Shown here in pieces: positions 13,040-25,367 of a stretch of DNA of 64,000 nt; position 1 is the first letter of the stretch, and each line of letters begins with the position of its first letter. A program made the translations under genes and the position numbers. This DNA is from Azolla caroliniana (lineage: Eukaryota > Plantae > Polypodiophyta). The stretch is from the NCBI GenBank assembly GCA_043228905.1, contig JBHGNT010000015.1, positions 13,268,001-13,332,000 on the forward strand, in the 5' to 3' direction. The notes beneath the pieces were generated by a model. The model was not told the DNA's origin and ran no database searches. It was given only the letters and a program-made list of their open reading frames with translations.

Positions 13040-14385
13040 CTTTAAAATGTACTTGTGGATATAAAGGTGGAAGTTCGAATTTGAAGCCCAATTCCAAAGT
13101 ACGAGGTGTGACCATATATCAAAGTAGAAGGTGTGACTACATGAAGACAAATTTGATGAAATGATCCCTTTTGATCATATTGAAATTCAAACGAAGTGGA
13201 TATGATATTAGAGAAGATGTGAAAACTTCCTTTCTCCCTATTAACTTTAAGTTGGAAGTGTATATAGAGCACCCAACGGATTCTAACAAATTAGCAAAGA
13301 CGGAATGGTATGTAGGCTAAAGAAAAGCCATTATCGCTTGAAACAAACACATCTTTTGTGATACCAAAATGTTGATTCTATCATGAATTTTAGAAAGACT
13401 CCTCTACAAACAAGAATTCCTATCCATATGGAAAATGGTATTTTGATGATAGCTAATCCTCCTCATCGTAAATGTGGATGAAATGTTGATCATAGGAAAG
13501 TTTAACAATGACATTCAGGTTGTAAACTAAACAAGAGCTAAAGTTTTGACATGAAGGATTTGGGTGAAATGAAGCATATTTTAGGGAAATATATCCCAAA
13601 GTTTCTCTAGAATATTTGCACAGATGGACCAAAGCCTCACATTATACTTCATTTCCTAGGAAGTGTTCCCATACTCTTCTATCATCATGCGTTTTATTTA
13701 TGTAAACTAAACTCGAACTTTCCTAGGAACAAGTGCTAAGTGTTTCCATACCCGATATCATCAAATGTTTTATTTATGCCATTGTAAGAACCCTACCCAA
13801 CATTGCATATGATACAGGAGTCATTATCCAAATTCATGTTAAAACCCAAGGAAGAAGTGTTAGGAGGTGTTAGAAACCACCACCTTGCAGTACTTGGGTG
13901 GAACAACATACCAATATCCCTCCCTTAGAATGGGTGAAATAGTCATATTCAAACTTCGATTATGCCAAATGCGCAAATAGAAGGAAATCAATGTAGGGCT
14001 ATGGGCTCCAATTCACAGGAAGAGTAATGTGAGGGAGCTCCAGGCTTGAGTGCATAGTCATTTGCATGAGAAAAGAACAATAAGCTACAATCGATGAAGC
14101 ATTTAAATATTGTTGCTTTCAATCCTATCAACATACATGTGAGCAAAACGTCAAATTCTCCAATGTCCACAATGATTGGTGAAGTGTGACCAACAATAAA
14201 AATGGTCTTTCAAGTGAAAATGAAGCATATAAACGAAAAAAGTAAATAACCAACTAATCACTTCATTTGAGATTGCATGGCAAAGAACCAAATCAGTCCA
14301 CAGAAGGTACATATATATGTGACTTTCCCCTCTCAGAGTTATGGATCACAAATTTGATTTTTGTAACGTGTCCATTGGGTGGAAT
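13040..14385 (+). pseudogene. Very old copia RT-RNase H relic
   Basis: Fragments LILLIVNVDEMLIIG (YVDD region, about 13453-13497) and DMKDLGEMKHILG (about 13548-13586). A PPT-like GGGTGGAA followed by TGTAAG at about 14377-14391. Confidence 0.6.
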
Positions 14386-16465
14386 GTAAGATTTATATAA
14401 CAAATTATGTATATTGCATTACAAATAGTAAGATCATGCTAAGCCTTGATGTTAGTTACTACTATAGCATTGTGCATAAGGACACTCAATAAGAGGTCTC
14501 ACACATGCTTCCAACAAGCAAGGGCATTTGCACTAATAACAAGAACGTTGAAATACATGTGGCACTTACTACTTCGGGAAATATAGAGAAAATGGAGGGA
14601 AATTTGGAGACTTTCCTTATAAGAAAAAGGGACAAGATATTTCATTATCCACTATTGGAAGGGACCAAAATAGTTTCTTTATGATTATATAAGGACAAGC
14701 CATGTCATGTTGTATTATAGACATCGTTTTCTTTATACAAACATAGGTTTAGTCAACCTATATAACACAAGTTTTTATTGAAGGGAAAGGGCTACCAATA
14801 CTTTGTCAAATTGATATGTAGATGTGGATCTTAGTGCCTTAGTTATGCTTACAACAAATGACCCAGTCTATTTTCACAAGAGCCGTTTGTTCTATCCTTT
14901 AAATTAATATATATATAAAACAAGTTGTATATAAAGCATGGCACATGTATTGAGGAATAGAGCGACAAACATATACATAGAGTAAAGACAAAAAACAAAG
15001 AGAATTGTTACATCTTTCCACTTAACATTCTGAAAGTGGAATCAAACTCTGAACGCATGTTACAACTTACCATAGTTGAGGTGGCCTCCTTTTCTACTTG
15101 ATTTCTTTCTCTTTTCAACATTGGGAAATACAATACTCATGATGTTTATTATTGATGTTTTTATCGTATCTGATAGATCTCGAAAAATATATGTAGCTTA
15201 TATTTGTCAATGTTCATGAAATATAATTGACCATTATTTTACTAGATGTTATAGTCACACATTGATGCCCATTGTTAACATGTAACAATTTTGGATTTTG
15301 ATAGGATAATTAAAGGCTGTCCTTAAAGGAATAAATATAATATGTTAGCATTCAATGTACATTGATGAGAATTACTCACTCAAATCTTCAGAGAATGCAT
15401 AGAAATTCTAATGCGCACAACATAAGTGGTTAATGCACAAAGAGAGATGCGTAAATTTCCAGCAATTTTTTGAGCACAATAGATTCCAGTACATGTTAAT
15501 CTGTAGAGAGAGAGCGAGGGCAAAGCATGATGCGATAAGAATATAGTAAATATTAGATATAAATTTTATTCAGTTTTCACCAGCCTTTGTCGACCTCACC
15601 AAGAATTTGCTTGACATTTGAAGCAATTCAGAAAAATTGCCATAAGCAACATGATCCAACAAAGTTAGAGACTATTTACAAACAACAATGTTAAGTCAAA
15701 ATGCCATAGCACACAAAGCTTGATGAGCTTGTATTGCAATCGTTGGGGGAGATCAACCCAAGTTATTGTTTATAAAATTGACTAGAACCACTCTCCACCC
15801 CAAAAATAAATAAATAAATAAATTGTTCTTTTAAGTGCGCAACACAAATGAATATCTACAATCATTTTGTGGATTGTCATCATATGTTGTGTATTTACAA
15901 AGCCATATTTTCGATGATGATGATGTCGTTGTTCCATCTTTTCCATTAACAAATGTTTCAAATTGACACATTGGCATAAAGATGAAGTGAAAATGAGCCA
16001 TATCTAAAAGAGTAGGCCTTTCGACTGAGGAAAAACTAGTATTATACATGATATTTTTCTCGCCTTCTCATCACTTTAAACTCATAGTTGTACAAAATGC
16101 ATCAGAGGTGACTCCAAACATATATGGTTCTTGCCTCACCCGAGAATTTTGTATGAGAGCATCATTTCTGAAGGCCCCGCCCCCCCCCAAGGAAAACTTT
16201 TAACAATTAAGTAAATATGGATCCCATGGCTCGTGAAAACGATCCCCAGAAGTGTCCTCCGGTCGGTTGTCGTGTCTTCTTAGGAGCATTCGTGACAACG
16301 GGACGTGCCACAACTGGTGCAATGGGATCTGGAGACGGAGAACAACAAAACAGGATGAGATATGTTAAATCACATGTGAGAATCCTTCCATGTAGAACTC
16401 AGCTAGCATTACATGGTTCCAATACATTATTGAATTATGTGTGTGTGTGTGTGAAAAAGAGAGTT

Positions 16466-17635
16466 TTAGGAGGGGGTTGGGTTTGCACGAAACTTACCTT
16501 CGAATTTTGTGATGAACCGATGTGTTAAGAGTGTGTATGCCCGGGGTCGTACAGCCGGGTCTTTCTGGAGGCATTGCACGATGAAATCTTGGAACTCGGG
16601 GGACGCATCGGCCGGGGGAGTGGGGGGCGAGCTGTAACATATGGCAAACATAAGGGTCGGCCAGTCGCCATTTTGTCCGGGTGAGAGGTACGGGAAACGT
16701 CCGAGCGCGCACTCGAGGAGGCTCAACCCTAGGGCCCAAATGTCGGCCGCATACCCGTTGTAGTTTCCCCCATGGCTATCGGGGTCGAATCGCTCTGGGC
16801 TCATGTACGCGCATGTGCCGACAAACGTATTGCACGCGGCGAGCGTATTGGCGAGCACTGTGCTCACGCCAAAGTCAGCGATTTTCACCTCTTGGTTCCG
16901 GCCCAACAATATGTTAGACGGCTTGATGTCGCGGTGCACGATCCGGTTCCGGTGGAGGTAATCTAGCCCCTTCAGCACTTTCTTAGCAACCTCGGCTAAG
17001 TAGCGCTCCGAGATCTTCGTCTTCGATTCGAGCAAGCTTCCTAGAGAGCCGCCGTCCATGTACTCAAGGACGAACGAGATCTCCCCGCCTTTCTCGTAGG
17101 CCCCATAGCATTGGACGATGTACGGATTGTTGGCGCGGCGTAGGATCTCGACCTCGGTGAGGATTTGCTTGCAAACCGCGGCTTCTTGCTTCTCTTGGAT
17201 GATCTTGAGGGCGTAGAGCTTTCCAGTTCGCTTGTGCTGGACCTTGTAGACCTTGCCGCTGCTCCCGTGGCCGAGGAGCCGGATGGGGATGGTGTCATCG
17301 GGGTCAATTTCCTCGACCATCGTAGATTTGGTAGCCGTGGTGGCCGTGGCGGGGGCCTCAAATTTATTAGGAGTGGCCATGGTGCTTATGATCTTTCGGG
17401 CTGAAGTAGGTGTCGATTTGTTAGTTGCATTCCGGCGCGCCGGATTGGGCGGAAGAGGAAGAGGAGCCGGGCGTTCGAACTTATTCAATTGGCCAGGCCT
17501 GTCTTCTGGTTTTGGTTCATGATCTGGTCTCCGGGCTATGCCGGACAAATGGGGTAGCCCACCGATCGACCTGGTAGTATTATTGTCATTGCTATGAGGA
17601 TGATGGTTGCCTCCTTGCCTCCTATGATCGGCCAT
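16466..17635 (-). CDS. Mitogen-activated protein kinase kinase (MAPKK), intronless, plant group C/D type (MKK7/8/9-like)
   Basis: 389-aa intact ORF with GHGSSG loop, YALK, HRDIKPSN and DFG. Activation loop T-LAACN-T fits plant S/T-X5-S/T, followed by VGTCAYMSPERFDP. N-terminal docking-like KFERPAPLPLPP. Confidence 0.96.
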   Translation of the reverse strand: MADHRRQGGNHHPHSNDNNTTRSIGGLPHLSGIARRPDHEPKPEDRPGQLNKFERPAPLPLPPNPARRNATNKSTPTSARKIISTMATPNKFEAPATATTATKSTMVEEIDPDDTIPIRLLGHGSSGKVYKVQHKRTGKLYALKIIQEKQEAAVCKQILTEVEILRRANNPYIVQCYGAYEKGGEISFVLEYMDGGSLGSLLESKTKISERYLAEVAKKVLKGLDYLHRNRIVHRDIKPSNILLGRNQEVKIADFGVSTVLANTLAACNTFVGTCAYMSPERFDPDSHGGNYNGYAADIWALGLSLLECALGRFPYLSPGQNGDWPTLMFAICYSSPPTPPADASPEFQDFIVQCLQKDPAVRPRAYTLLTHRFITKFEGKFRANPTPS

Positions 17636-17895
17636 AAGCTGTATGTATGTGGAACACCTCTCCCTCTCTCTCTCTCTGATTTAGGGTTTCCTATATTTCT
17701 TCAAGGTAGATGTTACTCCTAAAGATCACCCTATGTGTGTGCGTGTTGGGAAAGTGTTTTTAGGATATGGTGTAGAGTAAAGATCAGATATATGAACATA
17801 GAAGAGAAGGGGGCGGGGGGGACTTTGGGAAAGAGAGGGTTCAAAGAGACATACATACATACATGGTTGAGAATTGGGCCACATCACCCCCCCCC

Positions 17896-17921
17896 TTGAC
17901 CGTTCAAAGAGTGTCGGTCAA
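17896..17921. promoter_or_regulatory. Inverted W-box pair upstream of the MAPKK
   Basis: TTGACCG-12 nt-CGGTCAA, about 260-285 bp upstream of the ATG. Also TGACGTCA at 18260-18267 and a telo-box at about 17681. Motif match only. Confidence 0.45.
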
Positions 17922-18644
17922 ATATCCGAGGTCTTGCAAAACTCTCTCTAGGTGCGTATATGTGTGTGTGTGTGTTTTGCTATGGCCAGTTGTTTGAAGT
18001 GGATTCCATAATGATATCAACCATATACGTGGCGCATGACTCAACAATATATATGAACCTCAACATGGTTCCCCCCACCCTTTCGTTTGATTGAAACCCT
18101 GGATGAGGAAATAACCAGAGACACTTTGCGTGTCTAGTAGGGGAGGGGGGGTATCGGGGAACTTTCTTGGCTAATGCTAACTTTGTGGGGAATAGCCAAC
18201 AACCTGAAAAATTTACACTTCCCATTCATAAGCTTTTCACATTGTTCGGGCTCCTTCGTTGACGTCATGATAGAGGTATTAACTTATCCAAGTGACAAAT
18301 GACGTTGTTGACACCAGGACGTTTGCATTGGGATGAAGAAAAAAGAAAGATGCTCTATCATTGATGATGGTGGCATTGCATGGTAGACATGTCCATAGGT
18401 TACAAAACCTTATAATAATCAATCGACTAGACATCAATGCCAAGCATTTACATAACATGATAATATAATAATCCATGCAAAGATGGTTAAATGCTAATTC
18501 ATAATAAGAAACAATTCTCAAGAATGTTTACGAATAAACAAGCGATCACATTCTAATGCATAACGTTGCATTTACAATTTATGCTATGACACACACAAAC
18601 AAGCCTATTAAAAGATAGAGTGAACTGCACGTGCAAATTATTGG

Positions 18645-18797
18645 TGGGTAAACTAACTTAGTGGTGATGAGTAGGTTGCTTATAATTTGCTTGAGGTCAT
18701 ATTCAAACCTAACATGTGGGCCAGTATTGGTTGGGACATATTGGACATGATTGAATAAATCCTAAAATGATATGCCTTTTTTATCTGAAAAAAAAAG
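18645..18797 (+). mobile_element. Possible degraded tRNA-derived SINE
   Basis: A-box-like TAACTTAGTGG (18654-18664), GAGGTC-ATATTCAAACC (degenerate B box) and an A-tract at about 18788-18796. No TSD found. Confidence 0.3.
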
Positions 18798-19599
18798 ATA
18801 TGGCTTTATCTTTTCACATATTCAAGAAACGTAAATAAAATATCCTTAAAAGTATACCTTTACATTGCCCATTGTCACAACTTAATATTTTAAAATAATA
18901 GCACCATTGTTTTCACACCCTTTCAAATCTCGATTTTGTTATTCTAGGTACTACACCATAGCGTCATTGACGACATTGAAATTTGCTTACATGTTTATCC
19001 TCAAATATGCATCATCATTGTCTAGGTGGCCCTTTGGTTGGTCTAATTGAGGTATCTTATTCCTTAAAAATAAAATTTCTCCCTAGATGACACATAAAAG
19101 TCAGCAACGGTTTGGTTTGAACTGAACCGAACCACGAAACCGCAGCTAATGACTTAACGGTTTAAAATCACTTTAAATATTTGAGCTCAAATCACTTCAA
19201 ATATTTGAGAATATCATATACTTTAGAGTTGTTGTTTGTCTCGGAGTCTCCCAACATAATCTTTCTTCTTGCCAACTTCATGTCTTTAACTCTCTAGGTG
19301 TGTGGACGCACAAGATCACCTCTCAGAAAATACAAACCCTCATTAATTCATTCTTTTCTATGACATTCATTTTTTCCTCCTTGATTCCCTTGTCAATCCA
19401 TTGAATGGCTTAACTAGAGTTAAGATAAGGTATGAGGAATAGTTGCAAAGTTTAGTGGTGCACCATGTTTAACCCAAATATGAAAGGGGGATAGTCCAAA
19501 GGAGGCATCGGAAGATCTTATGGTTCTTCTCCCAAGGAGATTGTGAGCATCCTCCTCAAGATCGACAACTGGCATTCATGCAAAGATGCATGTAGCACA

Positions 19600-21110
19600 A
19601 CAAACCTGACAACCAAAGAAGGGAGTTTAAGGACTTTCAAGAATCTCTAGGGAGAAATTTTCTCTACTTTGTAGGCAATATAGTCCATTCGATGGAAAGA
19701 AGGCAACAATTGGGGCTAAACCAAGGCCAAGGAGGTATGAAAAAGCCAATTTGAAGAGGTTGAAGTGCATCATGTCTAAGCGCCATCTACTACACGACAT
19801 TAGTAGGAATCTGAGTAAGAAAGAAGCAAGAGACCAGGATGACAAAGAAGTTGATTTTTGGCCATCCATCCTCGACACCCTCACAAAGGGGAAGCTTCGA
19901 AAGGAGTCGAAGTAGACCAAGCCAAAAGGCAACCGAATGGGGAGATCTAGTGGAAGAGAAGATTGTCTTAATGGAAGCCAACTACTAGAATTACAAAGCT
20001 CTAGAGTTGAAGAAAAGAGGATAGGAAGGGATGAGGGAGCTAGGCCCTCAAAAAGATGCAACATTCGAGATGCTCGAAGAAGGGAGGATCGATTCCGTTC
20101 CTGAGACGCAATGAGAATGGAAGGGAGAAGATTGGCCTGACCTTCAAGCTTTGCTCTAAGATTTAGGGAACAACTAACCTTAAAAGGGTAATGGAAGAAA
20201 GGATCCTCAATAGCTTCCTAGAGTTCACTCTATGAGAGGTCCTAGGGATTGCAAAGAAAAGGTTCCACGATGCCATCATTGACATGATGAAAATGAAGTG
20301 TCACTCGATCAAGCTAGAAGGGGCGAAGCCCATGATTGTGAACATGGGGGCAACTGGCGTGTTGGAGGCTGAAGAAGACTATCTTTGGAGAACCACTACA
20401 CAAGGGCACATTGAGCAAGGGGTGTTCTAAAGTGGATAAAAATGAGATTTTGGATGAGGATGGGTGCATGCGCTTTGTGGTAGATTAGATCGCCGACTAT
20501 GACAAGGTTATGCAGACACTAGATGATGCACGTCCAACTTTCTCGAGCAACAAGTCAACAACATTTGGTCAATTAGAGATTCTCATGGTAGGAAGCTTTT
20601 AGGGACCATACACATGAAGGAAGAATGAAAATCATAGACAGAAGTGAGGCGGTTTCTTGGTGCCTTTGCCTTCTACCATATTTGGACCCCACACTATGTG
20701 TAGATAGTTGAGCCTTTGTACGAGCTACTTAAGAAGGGACAAAAATTAAAAAATGGGAAGACGAGCACAAAGAGGCAATGAAGACGTTAAAAGGAATGCT
20801 GGTGATGGCACCAACTTTAACAAAAGTCATGTACAAAGAAGGGATGTCCATCTACGACGTGATAGATATGAGTTCAATTGGGATTGGATGGGTCATCAAC
20901 CAAGACGGGGAAGACGATGGTCAACACGCCATCAAGTTTAGAGCAAAGGTGCTTGGTGAGCAACATCGAGGATACGCCCACGTCAAGTGAGAGCTCTGTG
21001 TCATAACGTTCGTAGTCAAGGAGGACAAGGACTGCCTAATTGGCATTGAGATCGTAATTGAGATGCATTGGCAAAGCCCAAACTAACTATCGAAGATGGA
21101 TTGTCTACAT
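19600..21110 (+). pseudogene. Heavily deleted relic of a Trp-primed-type gypsy (gag, RT and RNase H pieces)
   Basis: Collinear peptide fragments PFDGK, FKL.S.I...TNLKRVMEERILNS, EVRRFLGAFAFYHIW, GIGWVINQ and RGYAHVK match elements B and C. Confidence 0.8.
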
Positions 21111-21196
21111 AAAGAACAATCAGCAACGGTTCGGTTCGGTTCAAGAGTGTCCAAACCGAACCGTTAAAAATTTTTGAAACCTAAACCAAACCGAAC

Positions 21197-24100
21197 TGTT
21201 GAGAATCCAGCTCAAAATAGTGCAACGTGTGAACACACCTTTTGAGAGTCTATGATTACTCAAAGGTCAAGAGTCACACCACTACTCTCTACACATTAAC
21301 TATGTGTCATAGAATCACATAACTAGTGAGTTACATATTCCCCATGACTATGAGTCTTCACATTCCCCAAGAGAGAGTGGTTGTTGTAGTTAGTTAATGA
21401 ATAGAGAGGCTGACTATATATAAAGCACCCTCCTCATACTTCATACTAAGATGGTTGTGACTCCTTGTAATGCTACATTTTTGTATTTCATATTCTCCTT
21501 GTGAATATACATCTTCTTCTTCTTGAGTATTCTATTTCCATTCTATCTCCCTTCTATCTATCCATCTTGTGTCTTCTCTTCTTTGCTCTATTTCCTCTCA
21601 CACATACACATAACACATATATCTTCCGCTATACAAGAATCATACCCGATTCTTTACATGGTATTAGAGTGGTTTGGTAGCTTGATCTAGCCCATCCGCT
21701 TATCTTGTGTTCTACGCTGACGTTCGAGAAGAACTGGTCCATCGCTATTGTAGTGCGACTACATAACTCGTATTCGAGAGAGAAGGAAAAGAAAAGAAGG
21801 AAGAAATCTTCATCGACAATGAATACTTAAATGGGGAGCGCTCTCTCTAGCGAGAAGCTAGATCAAAACAACTTTGTATCTTGGGAGTACAAGATGCACC
21901 AATACCTTGTTGGCCAAGGCTATTGGGGTTACATCAAAGGAGCACACGAAAACTGACCTGACCTGAAAGACACCGATTATGCAACATGGGAGCAAGCGGC
22001 AAGCCGAGTGATGTATTGCTTGGCGACATGTGTTCAACGACCACATGCTCGGGTACATTCGAGAAGCCGAGACGCCAAAGGAAGTGTGGGAGAATCTACG
22101 AAAGATTTTCGCCGCCAACACAACCGCGAGAAAGCTTCAACTCCACCAAGAGTTGAACAACATCCAACAAAGGGATATTTCCATCACTTGCTACACCTTG
22201 AAGATCAAGGAGCTTTGCGACTTGCTCGGCTTGATAAGAGTCAATGTGGACGATGATGAGATGGTGCAAATATGCCTCGGTGGCCTTGCACCACGGCTCA
22301 ATGTGATGAGGAGCACTGTATTAGCATGGGAGAATGCGCCCTCCTTCTTTGATCTTTAATCCATGTCGTTGGTCGAAAAAAACCATGTTCGAACAAGGAG
22401 CAACGCCTCAGAAGGCCACATGCTTTACTCACACTCGGATAGAGGAAGAGGACGCGGCCGTGCAAGAAGAAGCCCATTTGGTCAAGGACGAGACGGACGA
22501 GGCCCGACTTATAAAGAAAACTCGCAAGTTCGGCATCAAGATGGAGGCCATCGAGGAACCTTTGGAAGAAGGGGGACCTTCCATTCTGGTCCAAGCCGAC
22601 AAAACTCGGTCAAATGTGGATATTGCGGAAAAATCAGTCACCATGAAGATGAGTGCCGTAAGAAGATGCGTGAATCGGCTTCCACTAGTCGAGAACTCAC
22701 GAATTACGCGACCAACTCCGACTATGACGATCGTGGTGGAATGTTCGTGATGAGACATAGGGCAAATTCTATGTCGGCTTCTACTTCAACTAGTGCCTCC
22801 GGCCCGGAAGACGTATGGTTCGTCAACTCCGGTGCCTCAAACCATATGGCGTCTCATCAAGAATGGTTCTGAGAACTTTGAGAGCCGGAACGACCTGGCT
22901 ATGTCGAAACCGGAGACGACACTATGCATCCGATTCGACACATCGGCAATGTCCCATTCGGCAAAGAAGGTAACCAAACTTTTATTAAGAATGTCTTGCA
23001 TGTACCAACCATTACGAAGAATTTGGTCTCCGTTGGCCAAATTGTTGAGAAAGGGATGCAAGTACGATTTAATCAAGGCGGTTGCTTCATCGAAAAAGAG
23101 GGCTAACTCATCATTCGCGGATGAAGAGAGGGCCAAATGTTCATTCTCGACTCGCACGAGATGAAATTGGCCATGTTCGCAAAGGGCAAGAAAGCCAATT
23201 CCGACATAGAGTCATGGCACAAGCGGATTGGCCATATCAACCTCCAAAAGCTCAAGACAATGCAATCGAAAGGAGTCTTCATCGGGCTACCAACATTCAA
23301 GGAGAAAGAGATTGAAGGTGTGTGTGTCGCTTGCCAATTCGGCAAGCAACATTGGCACCCATTTCCGAAGGAGCGGAACGTGAATGAAGGCGTACTCGAC
23401 GTAATTCATTCCGATGCATGGGGTCCGGCTCAGACGGTTACATTCGGTAGATGCCAATACTACGTGGCCTTCATCGACGACTTCTCTAGGCACACCTGGA
23501 TCTACCCCATGCGGCAAAAGAGCGAACTGTTCAAACACTTCCAAAAATTTAAGAATGAAGTTGAGAAAGCCACGGGCCGACTTGTATGATGTCTTCGGTC
23601 GGATGGAGGCAAGGAGTACTTCTTCGACGAATTTTCGGCTTTTCTACGGAAATAAGGAATTCGGCGAGAGTTTTCGTGTTGACATACGCCACAACAAAAC
23701 GGAGTTACCGAACGAAAGAATCGGCACATCCTCAAAGTAGCACAGGCCATGATGAACGAAAAGCACCTGCCGAAGTTGTACTGGGTAGAATCGGCTAACA
23801 TGGCCGTATACCTCTTGAATCAGTGTTTGACATTGGGTGTGCATGAACTTACTCCGCACGAGAATTTTTTCGGAAAGAAGCTGGACCTATCACATGTTCG
23901 GATATTCGGCTCCATTGCGTACGTGCACATCCCCAACGAGAAGCGACAAAAGCTCGACCCAAAGTCGGAGAAATGTATCCTCGTAGGATACTCATTGGAG
24001 CAAAAGGGATACAAGTGCTATAACCCCTCAACTCGAAAATCTCGAGTAAGTCGAGACATCGTTTTCGACGAGTCCGCATCTTGGTACGCACCAGAGACAA

Positions 24101-25172
24101 CTTCGACTCCGATTCCGCTCGTCCCGGAATACGTCAAAATAGAGATAGAAGCTGAAGATCGGCTCACGTGCATGTTCGAAGAAAGCCCGATTACGACAAG
24201 GCTTAGTGGGCCACAAGAGCCTCCAAGCGATCAAAGCACATCTTGGCTAAGTCCGAAGCTGGACAAAGGGAAGGCGAAAATGCCGGAGTATGAAGACGAT
24301 CACTTCAACGGCAACGAATCGACTTACTCCCTTGATAGTGAGTTTGAAGGCCTTGACATCCGGACAAATGGAGCGAAGAAAGCCTTAGTATCCGCAAACG
24401 AGAAGCTCTGCCGATCCACCCGTGAAATGAACCCCGTAAGCCGATTTGGCTTCAACGATTATATGGCGTACCATTACGCCTTTATGATGAAGGTAGCGAC
24501 AGTAAGGGAGCCAGAAACCTTTTCCGAAGCCGTGAAGGACCCGCGATGGGTCGGGGCAATGAACAAGGAGATGCAGGCACTTTGCAAGAACGAAACATGG
24601 GATCTCATTACCCACTCACCATACAAGAAGGCGATCGGTTGCAGATGGATTTACAAGGTGAAGTATAACGCCGAGGACTCCATAAACTGCTACAAAGCTC
24701 GACTCGTAGCGAAAGGATATGCACAAACACATGGAGTCGACTACAAAGAGACATTTGCCCAAGTGGCAAAGATGACGACTGTGCGGACCGTAAGTGCACT
24801 CGCAGTGGCGAAAGGGTGGCACCTCCATCAGATGGACGTAAAGAACGCCTTTCTTCAAGGCAAATTAGAAGAGGAGGTATACATGGGACAACCACCCGAC
24901 TTTGAATCGCGTACTGATCCAAAAGCTGTTTGCTGACTCAAGAAGCCACTCTACGGCCTCAAACAAGCACCGTGTGCTTGGCATTCAAAGATTACGCATT
25001 ATCTTCATCAAATTGACTTTCGAATGTCGAAATCCGACAACTCCCCCTACGTACGAAATGACTCTAGAAGCTCGATTGTCATCATCCTATACGTGGATGA
25101 TCTGGTCATTGGAGGAGAAAGTTTAGTCGACATCAACAAGGTGAAATCCCTCCTCTCCAACAAATTCGAGAT
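21197..25172 (+). mobile_element. Element G: 3'-truncated Ty1/copia; 5' LTR 21197-21658
   Basis: LTR TGTTGAG...TTTACA and PBS TGGTATTAGAG at 21659. gag from ATG 21831, CGYCGKISHHEDEC, WFVNSGASNH, integrase, and RT (ARLVAKG, QMDVKNAFL, YVDD) ending abruptly at KFEM. Multiple stops. Confidence 0.92.
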
Positions 25173-25173
25173 G

Positions 25174-25367
25174 ATAGAGAAAAATCAGCATTCGGACAAG
25201 AAGAGATACTAGTAGTTGGACATCTATGTGGGCCCTAGGGTCGAAGACCGTCACCAGCCAAGATCGATGCGATTCAAGTCATGAAAGAAACATGTGAGTT
25301 GCAATCCGAAGTCCACAGGTTTGTTGGGGCATGTGCATTCTATTGCATATGGATTCCGCACTATGTG
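25174..25367 (+). pseudogene. Gypsy RT/connection fragment (oldest layer, piece 1)
   Basis: EKSAFGQEEILVVGHLCGP*GRRPSPAKIDAIQ...SEVHRFVGACAFY, near-identical to B at 36310-36495. Confidence 0.88.

Noticed and set aside
11520-16400. Short ORFs in AT-rich intergenic DNA as host genes
   Set aside because: No domain motifs, codon bias or convincing exon structure; the region is partly MITE and copia relics.
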